This document shows positions 51,700 through 64,000 of a DNA stretch of 64,000 nt, piece by piece (within the stretch, counting starts at the first letter, position 1; each line of letters starts with the position of its first letter). Made by a program: the position numbers and the translations under genes. This DNA is from Phoronis australis (taxonomy: Eukaryota > Animalia > Phoronida), in the NCBI GenBank assembly GCA_002633005.1, contig NMRA01000036.1:850440-914439 (forward strand). The letters are read 5' to 3'. The notes below the pieces were generated by a model. The model was not told where the DNA came from, did not search any database, and saw only the letters and a list, made by a program, of their open reading frames with translations.

Positions 51700-52654
51700 C
51701 TGCAAAATATATTGGATTCAACACTTGATAACAGTGACAATGCATGCTTGGATATAATGAAGCAGTACAATATTAGGTAACGGTGTGTGGACCTTTATTC
51801 CATCTAATTTGCACTGTGTGTCAACTTAGGCCTACGCTTGATAAGACATATGCCATGATACAGCAAAGACACTCCGTGTTCGCAACCTGAACTACTAGAG
51901 ACTGACGATGTCTAGCAATATTAAGAACGTTAAACAATTTAAAACATAGCTTTTACTATCACCATTGTCGCGTTAATTCCAAGATCAGTCGTCACCAATA
52001 GGTTATACATAATGCTTTCTGAGCTTCACTCCTTTTATTGTTCATTGAATTTTTCGTAATGAACATAAAGATTATTGAAAATGATAGACTAGGTGTTTAT
52101 CTGATCTCAACAACGAGAGTTTTTTTCTAGTGAGGGGAATTTACGCGAAATGGTCTTTGAGTTGGAATTAATCTGCTAAAGTTTAGTGTAGACAATACAC
52201 ATCATGTAAAGTGAGATGCTACTGACAGGACCAGGAAAACAGCTACAAAATGAGTTAGGGTTTAAAACTAAGATCTTGTTTAATTGTCAATGTTAAATTC
52301 TTAACAGAACGCTTTTGTGTCGAAAACCTTCCACGCTCATCTGATTTCAAATTATTGTCGAATGAGTCGGAAACTCAAGTCCCAGGCAATGAGCCATTTT
52401 TTCGAATTTACAAGTTTAGCGTTTGCCAACCTCAATAAATTACAAAGGCTCGATGATAGTTACGATATTGTTGTTGGTAATAAAAGTAGAATCCTGTCAC
52501 GGTAAGGACTATTAGGATTTCCAATTTATGAGCGTGAAGGACCAAATTCGATTTTTGTTTTTAGGAGTAAAACAGTGGAAGCTGCAACTGTTCAGCAATT
52601 TAGGCTGTCATGTTGTTAGTCTTGGGTGCCAGAAACGGAGGATACAATATTTAG

Positions 52655-53923
52655 TGAAAACCTGACATTTCATTTTGCTGTTGAAGCACCTTGGTTGCCG
52701 TCCTGATGACTTACGCAGATACGTAGTGTAGCTAATAGAGCATCTGCAAGGATGTCAGCTTGTTTACGTCACTGTGCGAGGTGGTTAAGAAGTACTCTGC
52801 TCACAAGGTTACGCTGTAGCCACCGGATCTAGGATACCATAAGGTGGGGAGGGGCCAACCAAAATATTTACGGAACAAAATGAGTTGGTATGCTCCAGAA
52901 ACGGTATGTTGACTGTTTTTGTCGTGCTCGTAGGGGTTGGAGGCGGGAATAAATCCAACACCTGTAAATCTAGCCCAAGATCAGCCCGACATGGGCTCGC
53001 TATTGTGCAAATGGACTTGCCACCAGTAGGCACCCCATATTCTAACTGAACCCGTGTACCACTCATGGGGATCGCTAGATAGTACCACCATCTCTACTTA
53101 GCAGAGTAGAGATGGTGATGCCCCCATAGGACCTTCATGGAAGCTTTTCGGCGAATTATGCCTCGCACTGATTAAATCATCAAAGTCACAATTGTGACCT
53201 AATATTGTATTGGGTAAACCAATTTATACTAGAACTCTTACCTTCCACAATTCGAGTTCCAATAACAGCGTCCAGGTTGAGATCTGCGNTGAAAACCTGA
53301 CATTTCATTTTGCTGTTGAAGCACCTTGGTTGCCGTCCTGATGGCTTACGCAGATACGTAGTGTAGCTAATAGAGCATCTGCAAGGATGTCAACTTGTTT
53401 ACGTCACTGTGCGAGGTGGTTAAGAAGTACTCTGCTCACAAGGTTGCGCTGTAGCCACCGGATCTAGGATACCATAAGGTGGGGAGGGGCCAACCAAAAT
53501 ATTTACGGAACAAAATGAGTTGGTATGCTCCAGAAACGGTATGTTGACTGTTTTTGTCGTGCTCGTAGGGGTTGGAGGCGGGAATAAATCCAACACCTGT
53601 AAATCTAGCCCAAGATCAGCCCGACATGGGCTCGCTATTGTGCAAATGGACTTGCCACCAGTAGGCACCCCATATTCTAACTGAACCCGTGTACCACTCA
53701 TGGGGATCGCTAGATAGTACCACCATCTCTACTTAGCAGAGTAGAGATGGTGATGCCCCCATAGGACCTTCATGGAAGCTTTTCGGCGAATTATGCCTCG
53801 CACTGATTAAATCATCAAAGTCACAATTGTGACCTAATATTGTATTGGGTAAACCAATTTATACTAGAACTCTTACCTTCCACAATTCGAGTTCCAATAA
53901 CAGCGTCCAGGTTGAGATCTGCG
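52655..53923. repeat. Tandem 634-bp near-identical duplication separated by a single N
   Basis: 52655-53288 versus 53290-53923. Only a few substitutions seen. Includes the 3' end and donor of C16orf89-like exon 1. Confidence 0.9.
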
Positions 53924-54066
53924 TAGTGTTGTCCTAAAAATTCAATTGCCTTCTCAACTGCTATCACAACTTTTTCCAAGTAAGTTTTGTTTTCTTCAGC
54001 GACGTCAATGTTGAATAACCCGACTCTCCATAGACATAACGTTACAACAATTGTCGCAGGACGCAT
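53877..54066 (-). CDS. C16orf89: C16orf89/UPF0764 (DUF4735)-like secreted protein, exon 1
   Basis: GCC-ATG start. Signal-peptide-like MRPATIVVTLCLWRVGLF, then LEKVVIAVEKAIEFLGQHYADLNLDAVIGTRIVE, resembling the recalled C16orf89 segment ALERATVFLEQRLPEINLDGMVGVRVLE. Donor G|GTAAG, phase 1, 190 bp. Confidence 0.88.
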
Positions 54067-56672
54067 GGCTGTCAATGCTGCTTTTTAGAGACCTCACAAA
54101 ATGATAAAAGATTCACACTGCATAGTTTTTGCTCTGAAAGTAATCGGAAACGATTCAGTAAGGAATCATGTTTTAAAAAACAAATTATCTGGTTGACGCG
54201 AAGGGAATAGTTTTTTCAGATGAACATTGTCGTGTTTTGATTCGACGCGTACGTTATGAATGCAAATGTCTATACCCAACTGTTGTCCGTGTTGGTATGT
54301 CGAAACAGCACGTTGTTTTATTTGTTTTATGATAGAATTTTGGACACACGATAGACACTCATGCATGCTTCAAGACAGAAGGTGGTACTAGCTAGTATTC
54401 GGGATGCCGCTGATCCTTACTTTCAAACACATTACCAGTCCACCTGATTGGGTGTTTAAACCAATTGCATGCAGTACTCAACAATGGTCTTAAAACAGCA
54501 TTCTAAATTTTGGCCAAAATCTAATTTAGTTTGAGCCTAATCATTGCAGTCTAAAACCAGCCCAAATAACGATGAAGCGTTTAAACTGCAACTACTAATT
54601 TGGTCAGCCGTCGACACAGTTCGTATATGAACGTCCTAGTTTTTGCGCCCTGTTTCTTCAGAGAGTTCGACCATAAAAGGCAATGTGTTGTGTGGGGTCT
54701 TGTTCTTACCATGTTCTTTTTGTGTGAAGTCATTGTTGATTCTATGATTTCCTCTTGATGAACATAAGAGTTTGAATGATTGTACCAGGTTGACCATCTC
54801 TGCTTGGAGTGATGTTACTCTTCATATTCTTTTGACCTTGATATTAGGTATTTGATACATCTCTCACACTCTTAAGGTAAGATTCGAGTTGTAGTCAACG
54901 TACGTACCGTCGATTTTGAGTCTCAAAACAAACAGCGCCGAGAAAGAAGAAACGCATTTATCAAACATTATGTGAATGTAGGCGAGTCATACACTGGAGA
55001 AACGTTAAGGTCATTGGAAACCATCGTTGCTGAATACAAATGTTGTTGGATTACAAACGTTGAGGTCAATGGAAACCACCGTTGTTAAACTCAAGAAATG
55101 TTGTAGAGGGTAGGAGACGCGGGGCACACGTGCTGAAAACAACATAACACACAATCGTATAAAATCCTGGGATTTGACAGTAAAACAGGTTGGACTAAAG
55201 TGAAGATCCCGGAAACATGTACATGAAGCTACACGATAATTTCTCCAGTCAGCCTTGAAAGCAGCCAGGCGACGCGTACATTGTCCACCTCTAAAACCTA
55301 AAAATTTATCCCTCTTAGCAAATGGTGACGCAAATGTCTGGTGGTGATAAGAGTGCTGGACTGGCAACCGAAGAAGCCGGCCAACGCTTCAAGTCCCATT
55401 TGCACCAAAAATCAAAAAACTGCTCACCATTGACGTGCATAAATGTACCACATACTCGTGTCCATTCTTCCAAGAACTCTGCATGCAACAGCTGAAAATG
55501 GTTGGAGAAATTGCCAACCAAGTTACCACATGGCCACATCTGAGCTGTTTTATTAAGTTCCTAGTGAGAATATTATCCACACTATATCATACTGCAATAT
55601 TGGCCAACAAAAACCTTGGTGAATGTTTGTACTACACAGACACTTAGTTTCCTTCCGAAGTTCCAACTCACGTCACCATCACGAGCGTAAAACGCTACTT
55701 ATTCAGCAACATCCTAAAAACGTTCTGTGCGTTTAGGGTAAACATAATTAATCACGCACACATTCTCATGATATTCTCAAAGTAATGTGACAGCTTCATT
55801 GCACACAACGTAACTGATGTGAAATTAGGATGTCGCAATCATCAAGTTGCTATGGTTTGAGATGGCCTTCAAAACACAAACAGTCGTAATTTGTTTTCAT
55901 AAGGACAATTTGAAAACTACTTACTTAGACTACAAACGGTCACAACTGCGTAATCTGTCGCAACCCCAACGTCACAATGGCAATCGCCATTGGTATCATT
56001 ACAACAACTTAGTCCCGTTTAGTCCGTATTTCAGACGACACCGGTTTTCAGAGGCCTGATATCAATATTTTTAGTTAAGCCCCAGGCTTGTTCTATTGTA
56101 TGAAATCCCGAGGCAAATGGCAATTATCTACCACACTTAATTAATACATTAATATAAACACGAATCGTCTCTTAACAGTTGTCAAAAAATAAAAGTCCAT
56201 CAAAGCGTTTTGGCCAATTTTTGTCGTTTTTACTCCACGATAGAAGGATTTTACACTAACTTTTCAGGAGGAATTTGATTTCAGACGCCAAACACATTAC
56301 AAATTTACCACTAAAAACATCAGGGTAGAGTTCAGTAACGATAGGACCCCGCTAAAACACAAGACTTCTCGAGATTACGTGAGATGTTACCTTGTATTTT
56401 AAATAACAACTCGTGATTTTAGCGAGGTCCTAGCGTTATTGAACACTGTCCAGATATCCAAATGGTATTCAGCGAAAACGGAGATAACTCTGCTGCAGAG
56501 GACGAATATGTGACTTTTCATAATGGTGCTCTCTGAGAGTATGAAAGTGACTTTTGATTGATCACATTTAGTGAACAGTAATTCAATACTTACATAGGGG
56601 TTCATAAACATAAAAATATAAAAGCTAGGAAATAAATTACGCTGTCGGACTCTCCCATTTTTGATTAGTTAA

Positions 56673-57606
56673 ACAGTACACACCATGGATTTTTGCACAT
56701 TTTGAATTACCGGTGGCCACAGACTAAATGTATGACGTAACATTTAGCTAAACCCATGTTTATTTTGTGTAATTAGCTCGAAATTTTGATTTTTCTTTCA
56801 ATTTTGCCAATTTTCACATTTCCCGCCATGTGACGTCATGGGTTGAACGCAAGAGACCAGTGACTAGCATTGAACAATGGCGGAGAGCAGTGAATTTGAA
56901 AGCGACGACGATTATGAGCAAGAATTGAATGAATACTATGAAGAAACGTACGGGAATGGTGGCCAGGATGAGGAAATGGGGTTGCACGAAAGCGAGAACA
57001 AGTTTGATGTGCTTCCGGCTGCGTACTTTCCTACTTTGAGCCTTACGAACTGGATCTTCCCGCGACAGAAGCGGCCTCGGGCTCGGCTAGTCAACCCAGT
57101 CATCCAACAGACGATCCTGAATTAAGAGCCGATGTTTCTGAATGATAAATATTGTCCTTTATTGAACTAGGCCTTCATCGTAACATCTCCTGCGACTCAA
57201 AGTGTGCAGAACACAGAGTGGCCCCGGACAGAATCGCTTGGTCCACGATGAGGTCCAACACTCTCGTTCGGCGCACGAAGCGATGCCAATTCTGCGCAAC
57301 TTTGGTGTCCTTCGGAACACCGAGACGTTCTCCGCCTGGCTGCTGTTGCTGCAGCCTACGGAAATACATCTTTTGATCCCTCTACGAACCTTCTCGGCGC
57401 TAAATGTACTTTGCTTTCACTTCACTCTTAATTGTCTCTGATCCGAACAGTATGGCGAACGACTAGGGTTCAACCCATGACGTTGTACATATTTATTATT
57501 TTTTCAATTTTTACGTGTTTATGAGCAGTGCACTAAAGGCACTGAAATCAAGTAAGATATAATAATAAAATTTATGTTGAGGTACTAATGTCATGTTGTG
57601 AACACA
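56673..57606. mobile_element. Kolobok-like element, copy 2 (same orientation, highly similar to copy 1)
   Basis: TTAA at 56669-56672 and 57607-57610. Same TIRs, THAP stub and MAESSEFESDDDYEQEL ORF. Confidence 0.75.
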
Positions 57607-57920
57607 TTAAAGTTCACTAATTTAGTCCAGCTTTTGATACCAGCTGGGATCTAAATCATCCTGCTGAATCAGTGGCAGCCAATGGCTTTGTCGCGGATAC
57701 AACTTCGCCGAGGGAAAGGACGTCCTTGCACATCAATTGATATTTCAAAAGGTTAGCCCTTTTTCGCAAGGCATTGATCATCTCACCGTACAGCAGTGGC
57801 AATTTGCTCCATTATAATAGCAGGAAAGGTGTTAAATAAAAGCGCTGTTTATACCAGTAGGTTGAAACCTCCCGTCCGGGTTCTGTGGATGGTGTTGATT
57901 GCCTGTCCAACAAAGACCGG

Positions 57921-58324
57921 GGCCCGGTCTCTAATCTTTGTGCTCGAAACGAAGTCGAAATTATTTTTTAGCAATATCTCTGCTCCTTTTGTGCTAACTC
58001 AAGATAAGTGGTTATCAGACTGTGGTCGAACAATTATAGGTTATGCATATGAATGTCTAGTCTAAGTTTCCACTTAAAATCCCTCATATTCGTGCTACAA
58101 CCTCGAGTAAAAACTCGAAATTTCGAGTTCAAACTCGAACTTTTAGCTTTAATGATGGATTTTTGGAGTGCAAACTAGGACTAATAAATCATCTACGTAA
58201 GTCATTATGTACTCGAGCATTTAGAGTAATAGACCCTTATCTTGAGTTCGCACTAAAGTAGAGTAAAAAAATGCCAAACATAATTTCGAATTCCATTTCG
58301 AGTAAAAAGATTCGAGACTGGGCC
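57921..58324. mobile_element. Harbinger-type MITE
   Basis: TIRs ggcccggtctctaatctttgtgctcgaaa / tttcgagtaaaaagattcgagactgggcc, with internal CTCGAG/TCGAA repeats. Confidence 0.6.
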
Positions 58325-58397
58325 CTGATCGTCGTCTGGCGAGCTTGTGAATTTCAATATGGCACGGCTATTCTGAAAGTCAGCTATGTAGTATTCT

Positions 58398-58540
58398 CAT
58401 GGGCGGCGCAGCACTACAAAAAGTGGGGGATTAAAGCCCCCAGACCCCCTGTGGTGCACCGCCCATACATCATGGGCGGCGTAGCACTGAAAGAAGTGGA
58501 GACTATAGCCCCCCCAGCCCCCTATGGTGCGCCGCCCATG
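58398..58540. mobile_element. Tandem pair of ~70-bp mini-MITEs
   Basis: Each unit reads catgggcggcg...(g/a)ccgcccat, at 58398-58466 and 58471-58540. Confidence 0.6.
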
Positions 58541-58924
58541 AATTTCTACATGCACATGTAGGCGCCTAACTAACAGGAATTACATGAGCCGCGCCGTCTT
58601 GTTCAACAAGACTTTGAGTAAGTTATGACTCGAGATTGGACGTTTTGTTGAGCCTGATTGACTTCCTATGACAATGATTTCAATTGCCATTTCTGAATGG
58701 TGAACTAAGGTCTTCAGTCTAATCTTGAAACCGTCTCCACTGTTTTGTACACAGTACTGCGTAATTCACCATGAACAAAATTGCACAGACTTTTCATTCA
58801 TGTATTTCTTGCGCCATCGACAAAGTAATTCTTAGTTGAAGTCAATGATTTTCCAAACGCATGAACATGACCATTCAAAAATACCAGTTACCTGCAAACG
58901 TCTGGTATAACGACGCCAGTTCGG

Positions 58925-60065
58925 TCAACAGGAGGAAGTCCTCATTCCTTGGCTATTTTTGCTCTGTACACAACAGCCTTCAGATTTGCACCAACCGAGG
59001 TGATCAGTCTGCCCATGATTGCATTTGCGTCTCATATAGTTACCTCCACCAGGTTCAGCGACGTCAGAGCTTTCCTTTTCCCATGTTACTTTCTTCATTC
59101 TCCACAACCACTGCGATGTTCTTTCAGTCTGGTAACCCATGTTATACACCATTCTCTTCCACTCCATCTCTGTTGCGCTCAGTACATACGTAGCGCGCGC
59201 CAAACAGAATATTTTGGATATCAGCGGCGGCAGTAGCAAGGTTGCAATTTTTGGGTTTGTCATTATTTTCCTTGTATGTTCTGTGCATTCTTCAATACAT
59301 ACGCATATATCACCTTTGAAAAAAGAAGCAAGGTCGATAGAAAATCAAGAGCGAAATGCAAAGCGCGAGTTTCCTTTGCATCATCTATTGCCGAACTGAA
59401 CTCAATACACACATGGCCACAAGGACGCACCAAAAATACAAAATGTGACATCTATTGAGCACAATCGACAACAGATTGGCCCACGAAACCTCTACATCTA
59501 CAGGAAGACACCACACTCTCCAGCCGCTCTTGTGGCACTTCTCGACCACCTCTTGATATTTTCCATAAGCTCCATCCAAGGCACAGTCAACTCCAGCAGT
59601 AGCACTTGCTTGGTCAGTCTTGACAGTCTTGACCACACTGCTGTGTCTGGACGAAGGTTGGTCTTGGCTACTTAAGATGGAAAAAACAGTCATTCATGCA
59701 AGTCCGCCATTAAATTCAAATGTCCTGCTGTATCCAAAATGCCACTTTTCTCATCTTGTTGTCTCCCAATGTTAGCTCCTTCACTTACGAAACCAGTGAA
59801 TTTTGGGCCTCTCATCACCCTCCCGTCCTTCTTCGGCTCCTTCTCTAAATGTCCTCCTACCGTTCCTAAGTCCTTGTCGTGTCTCCAAGTGTACCGCCCT
59901 CCTGCAAAAGCCACTGGTCATGACGACAACACATACTCTAGATTTCCTGGTGCTTTGCACAACCGACATGAGGGATCCTCTTTGAGCCGCCATGCGCACA
60001 AGTTTGTTGGACTTGGTAGTCCGTTGCGCACGGATCTAAGCAGAAACCTCAGCCTACCTTCCCGC
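58925..60065 (-). mobile_element. 3' part of a HERO/NeSL-like non-LTR retrotransposon (zinc knuckle + restriction-like endonuclease), split by an insertion at ~59190-59455
   Basis: RLRFLLRSV..LPSPTNLCAWRLKEDPSCRLCKAPGNLEYVLSS*..GRYTWRHD, then RPD...LLELTVPW, and C-terminal ERTSQWLW. Confidence 0.7.
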
Positions 60066-60750
60066 ATTTTAGACTTAAAATGCTTTTAAACCTGTCAGGT
60101 ATGCGAAATGATAGCTGCGTATGAATTAATTTACGTATATTTTGCTTTTGGTATAATCATCATGACTTGATAAAAAGCTTTCCAATGATAAGACTCTTAT
60201 GCAATTCGGTTGAAAAACGACAGAGTTGAAAAAAGTTTTAGTGATAGTAAATTCCGTAGTACATACCAAAACCGGAACAAACGAATGCGAACAAATTCTA
60301 CGCATGCACGGCTCATTCTCCGCAGCACGAAATCGAAGTTGGCATTCCACGGCTAGAAGTCTATGGTCTTACCAATATTGTGATTTGCGATTTGTTTGGT
60401 CAGATTGTTTACAAAAGTCACGCGTCATAATTTTTTGCATAGACCTCTAACCACCGCGATTGTGTGGTAGGCCTCTCGCAGGGGTCCACTGGCAGTTCAT
60501 TTATGTAGGGTAAGTTTTACTCGCTAAAAGCAACTCATTCGGTGTTATGTACAACACTAAAATCTAAACTGAGGACTGATGAAATATTTTCTCCTTAATT
60601 GAATCAGGCTTATCGGGAACGAACCGAAAACAAAGATTTGTGGTCTGAAACTGAAGTGACTGTTCTGGACCGCGGTTCTCGATTATTTTGGATATCCGTT
60701 GCATCCCACCTAGTGACCTTGTATCCTATGGGGTATGAAGGATGAAGAAT

Positions 60751-61373
60751 GGACCCGTTTCATGAAAGTTTTTGTCTAAAGGTAGACCGAACTCAGTCCA
60801 AAATGCATTGACCCTGTTTCATAGGCTGAAGACGAAAGTTGAGATCGAAATCGGTCTAAGCTAAGAATTAAAACTTAAGATTGAACATTTAATTTAAAGA
60901 ACCGAAATTTTGGACTTTTATCACTCTAAACTGTTGAAGAACAATTTTCGTTGACATTTTTTGCAATCTAATGTCCCTAAACAATGTCAAATTAAAGGTC
61001 GTTTGTTGTTCATTCTAGAACCGGCAAAGACCGCAGAGATAATCCAGTACAATTTACCGGCACATGTGAAATATTTTCTAACTATACCATGGTCTTCTTA
61101 AGCAAAAGAGATCCCAAGTGTAACCAAAATGTAAAAATATCCCCACTTAGAGTTTCAAGATCACGACTATTCTTGAAACCCTATTTCACACACCACCTCT
61201 CTTGGTTTTGTGAATCGCAATAGATGGCGAAAGCGCAGTTTGCATGCTCACCAGTAAGAAACCGACTTAGTGTTCATAAAACGGGGTTTTGTGAATTTTC
61301 GTTTTCGATCCTAACTTAGACAATTTTTTGTCTTAAAAGTCGTAAATCTTAAGTCAGTTTTCATGAAACGGGC
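60751..61373. mobile_element. Harbinger-like MITE boundaries
   Basis: ggacccgtttcatgaaagt ... agttttcatgaaacgggc. Confidence 0.4.
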
Positions 61374-62429
61374 GGCAGGAATGCTATACGGTGGTTGATG
61401 GTAACTCCGTCACAAGAAATAATCCACGCATTTACCTTGGTTCATTCTGGTCAAACAATACACAGGATAATATGTAATATATCAAATACCTCATCTGCCA
61501 ACGGTGTCGTGATATCTGTGTACTCACACCAACATACATATATGCACTTACAGGGGTATAGAACATCAAACAAATGACTAGTTAATGTCTAGTAAGTACT
61601 GGTTCTTAAAGTCACGGAATCCACCCATTAAACGGATAATATCAGATAATTGTTTAGCTAGAATAGAAAACATCTGTCAATTTGTCGTGCTGCTGATGGA
61701 TGATACCTGATAAATATTAACTGTAAGTCGAAAGTCTTGTAGAAAATGGTAATGTATACGTAATGTTCGACAAATTGCCAAAAACGTAAACAGGTCGTTG
61801 ATTTAAGACTTTGCAACTTATAATATAACGTTTGAAAATGATTTTTATTTCAAGAACAGGTTATTGAAATTTAATATGTTGCTTGTGAAATTTTGTTATT
61901 TTATTGATTTTGGCGTTCAAAGTCAAATGTCCCAATGACGTCATACTAAACAACCCTTTCGCCAGAAATTTAGATCATGTACTACCTTGCATGTGCCAAA
62001 TTTGCCAGCAGCCCTCCATAAGAATGCATGACACCGAACTATGATTAACTAAACTCCTCAAAAAGTAACGCCCCTTCAGTTTTATGTTCATAAATTGGAA
62101 AGTAAAGATTGTTTTTGGAAAATTTAAAATCCACTGATATAATAAGTCAAGGCACACATTCTCATATCAAGTTTATTGTAAAATCCCATTTATAAAAAAA
62201 TTCAAAATAAAGATTTTAAAGCGACGTGGGTCTGAATCAAAAGTCCCAAAGTAGAGATTCCGAAGACATTTGGTTCGCACACGGATTCAGCGAAATGCAA
62301 ATTTTACAAAAACTACAGATTGCATAGCGTTGGGGGTAGTCTTGTGGTGCAAGAATGAGTCTGCAGGTCAATAAATGAAATAATGAATGGTTTTATTGAG
62401 TATACTGCTTCTTCTATGGAGGTCCACAC

Positions 62430-62820
62430 TAAAGCTTTGGATCCCGTAGATATAGTTTTTGTTCGGGCGCTTGGACCAAATGGTATCCTGCAAGACGACA
62501 ACGCAAGGCCGCACCGCGCAACGCCATAGAAGACCATCTGCAACACAGCAAGGCATGGAGCGTCTAGAATAGCTAGCAGCAAGTCCTGACCTGAACCCTA
62601 TAGAAGAGTGTCATAAACCAGACCACATTGAACTATCTCCGACGTCTGTTAGGAAAGAAGTGGATAGCAATCCCCCTCCACAGTATTCAGCCCTTAACTA
62701 GGAGTATTGTTAAGAGATGCATGGCTGTGATGAACGCGAGTGGCGACAGTACACCTCACTGATGAGATAGACTGACACCAATCCAACTAGTGTTAAGGAT
62801 ATCTCAAACCTTATTCACAA
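62430..62820 (+). mobile_element. Tc1/mariner transposase C-terminal remnant
   Basis: ILQDDNARPHRA ... SPDLNPIE ... RCMAVMNASG, with frameshifts. Confidence 0.7.
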
Positions 62821-64000
62821 AAGTTGGAAACATTTACAATATTTCACATATGTCTAGCAAAATATCTTATCTTTATTCTCAAGGAACTTCAAATACCAAA
62901 TATATACCGTGTAGCGAGAAAACAAATAAGCAGGATCACCTTGAACTGAAACAGCACAACCGCGTGGAAATGTCTTTACTACTTATCCGAAACAAAGGTT
63001 ACGGCGCTGGCACTAATACCGAATCTCCCACCAGGGACAGAGCAGCTCCGGTTGTATCCTTTCATTCACCGAGTCGCCATAATATTGCGTCAACGATGTG
63101 TACATATGATAGAAAGATGCCGGTGAAAACGAAAACAGAACGTAGCTTTGATTATGCGAGGGTTGCATACGATCGTTGAGAAGGAATACTACGAGTCGTC
63201 TCACGCCTCTGTGATTTTTACGAACACAGCAAGTTGTCAAATTCCTCAATTCGTACAATTTAACATTTCGCTATTTTCGTTCTCATGTTCACGGAGTGCT
63301 TGAACCATCGACCCGATGCCTGTATCCATTTCGAACTTGGTTCTCATATCAGTCTCCCAGCACCTGGTGTGTCTAACAATCAACTGTTGACCTACTTTAA
63401 AGTGGACCACAGCTTGTCCCACTCCATGTGCAGGCTCCGCAAGTGTCCTAGTTAGAGTCTAAGCATTAGAGATCGACTTGGTTTAAATTACATGTTTTTG
63501 TTACAATTAAGTTAATTACGCACTGTAAATTTAGATGACGTTACACGTAAATGTTGAAATAATGAACGTAGCTAAGGTTATAATGACCAAAAACAAGTTT
63601 TCATCAAATAATTATCCGACGTCCTTGAGATTGTCACGTCTCGCCACATAATCGGCTTTTTCTCGGCTTCGATATATCGATTTAATTTGAACTTAAGAAC
63701 ATAAGTTCTCGAAACTGGCTCGGTGGATATCGGTAAAACTTTTCAAACTTAATATAATATTTCTGAATCCTTTGAACGTTATTAGTATTTTTTATATAAA
63801 GGCCTAGTTTTTCGTAATGTAATAAAGACGAATATGGCTTCTATTTTTACAAAAAAATACCTCACATTTTGCGAGTTAATTTGTCATAGAAATCAAACAA
63901 AAAGGCTAATCAAAAATTCCCAACAGCGTTTTTGTGGTAACTGAGGAAATTTTTCATTTAGAAAATGTTTCATTAAAATCGACCGAGGTGTAATTTTGCT

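Noticed and set aside
52809-53701. Duplicated 85/93-aa ORFs (MSGTRVQLEYG...)
   Set aside because: Intronic MITE-like sequence duplicated across an N join, with no domain similarity.
55011-55647. Overlapping Trp/Cys-rich ORFs upstream of the C16orf89-like gene
   Set aside because: No recognisable family and no consistent splice or start signals. Possibly a decayed element.
60820-60880. CTGAAGA...GAAA, a possible Penelope-type hammerhead ribozyme
   Set aside because: I could not build convincing stems I-III.
1-64000. tRNA/rRNA/snRNA genes
   Set aside because: No cloverleaf with A/B boxes or rRNA-like conserved segment recognised by eye. tRNAscan-SE/Infernal would be decisive.

Overview
AT-rich, repeat-dense eukaryotic DNA, most likely from an invertebrate bilaterian. 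It has GT-AG introns, LINEs, DNA transposons and four single-N joins. Two host genes lie on the minus strand. (1) A T-brain/Eomesodermin-subfamily T-box gene: coding exon 1 at 25426-25964, exon 2 at 493-647, a 24,778-bp intron between them, and the rest of the gene beyond the left edge. (2) A complete 7-exon, 362-aa secreted C16orf89/UPF0764 (DUF4735)-like gene at 38529-54066, reconstructed by hand with consistent splice phases. The remainder is largely mobile DNA: a near-complete but broken CR1/L2-type LINE, a fragmented L1/Tx1-type LINE, RTE-X-like, HERO-like, Tc1 and Academ-like remnants, two TTAA-flanked Kolobok-like mini-elements and many MITEs. The most striking unexplained structure is a Helentron/HINE-like family carrying a ~451-bp three-subunit higher-order tandem repeat, in which nearly every ~145-160-bp subunit holds a CTCF-consensus-like motif. 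All recognised copies lie in or next to the T-box gene, and the only inverted copy sits just upstream of a promoter region with adjacent Hox/Pbx and Pbx/Meis sites. All family assignments come from motif recognition, not database searches.
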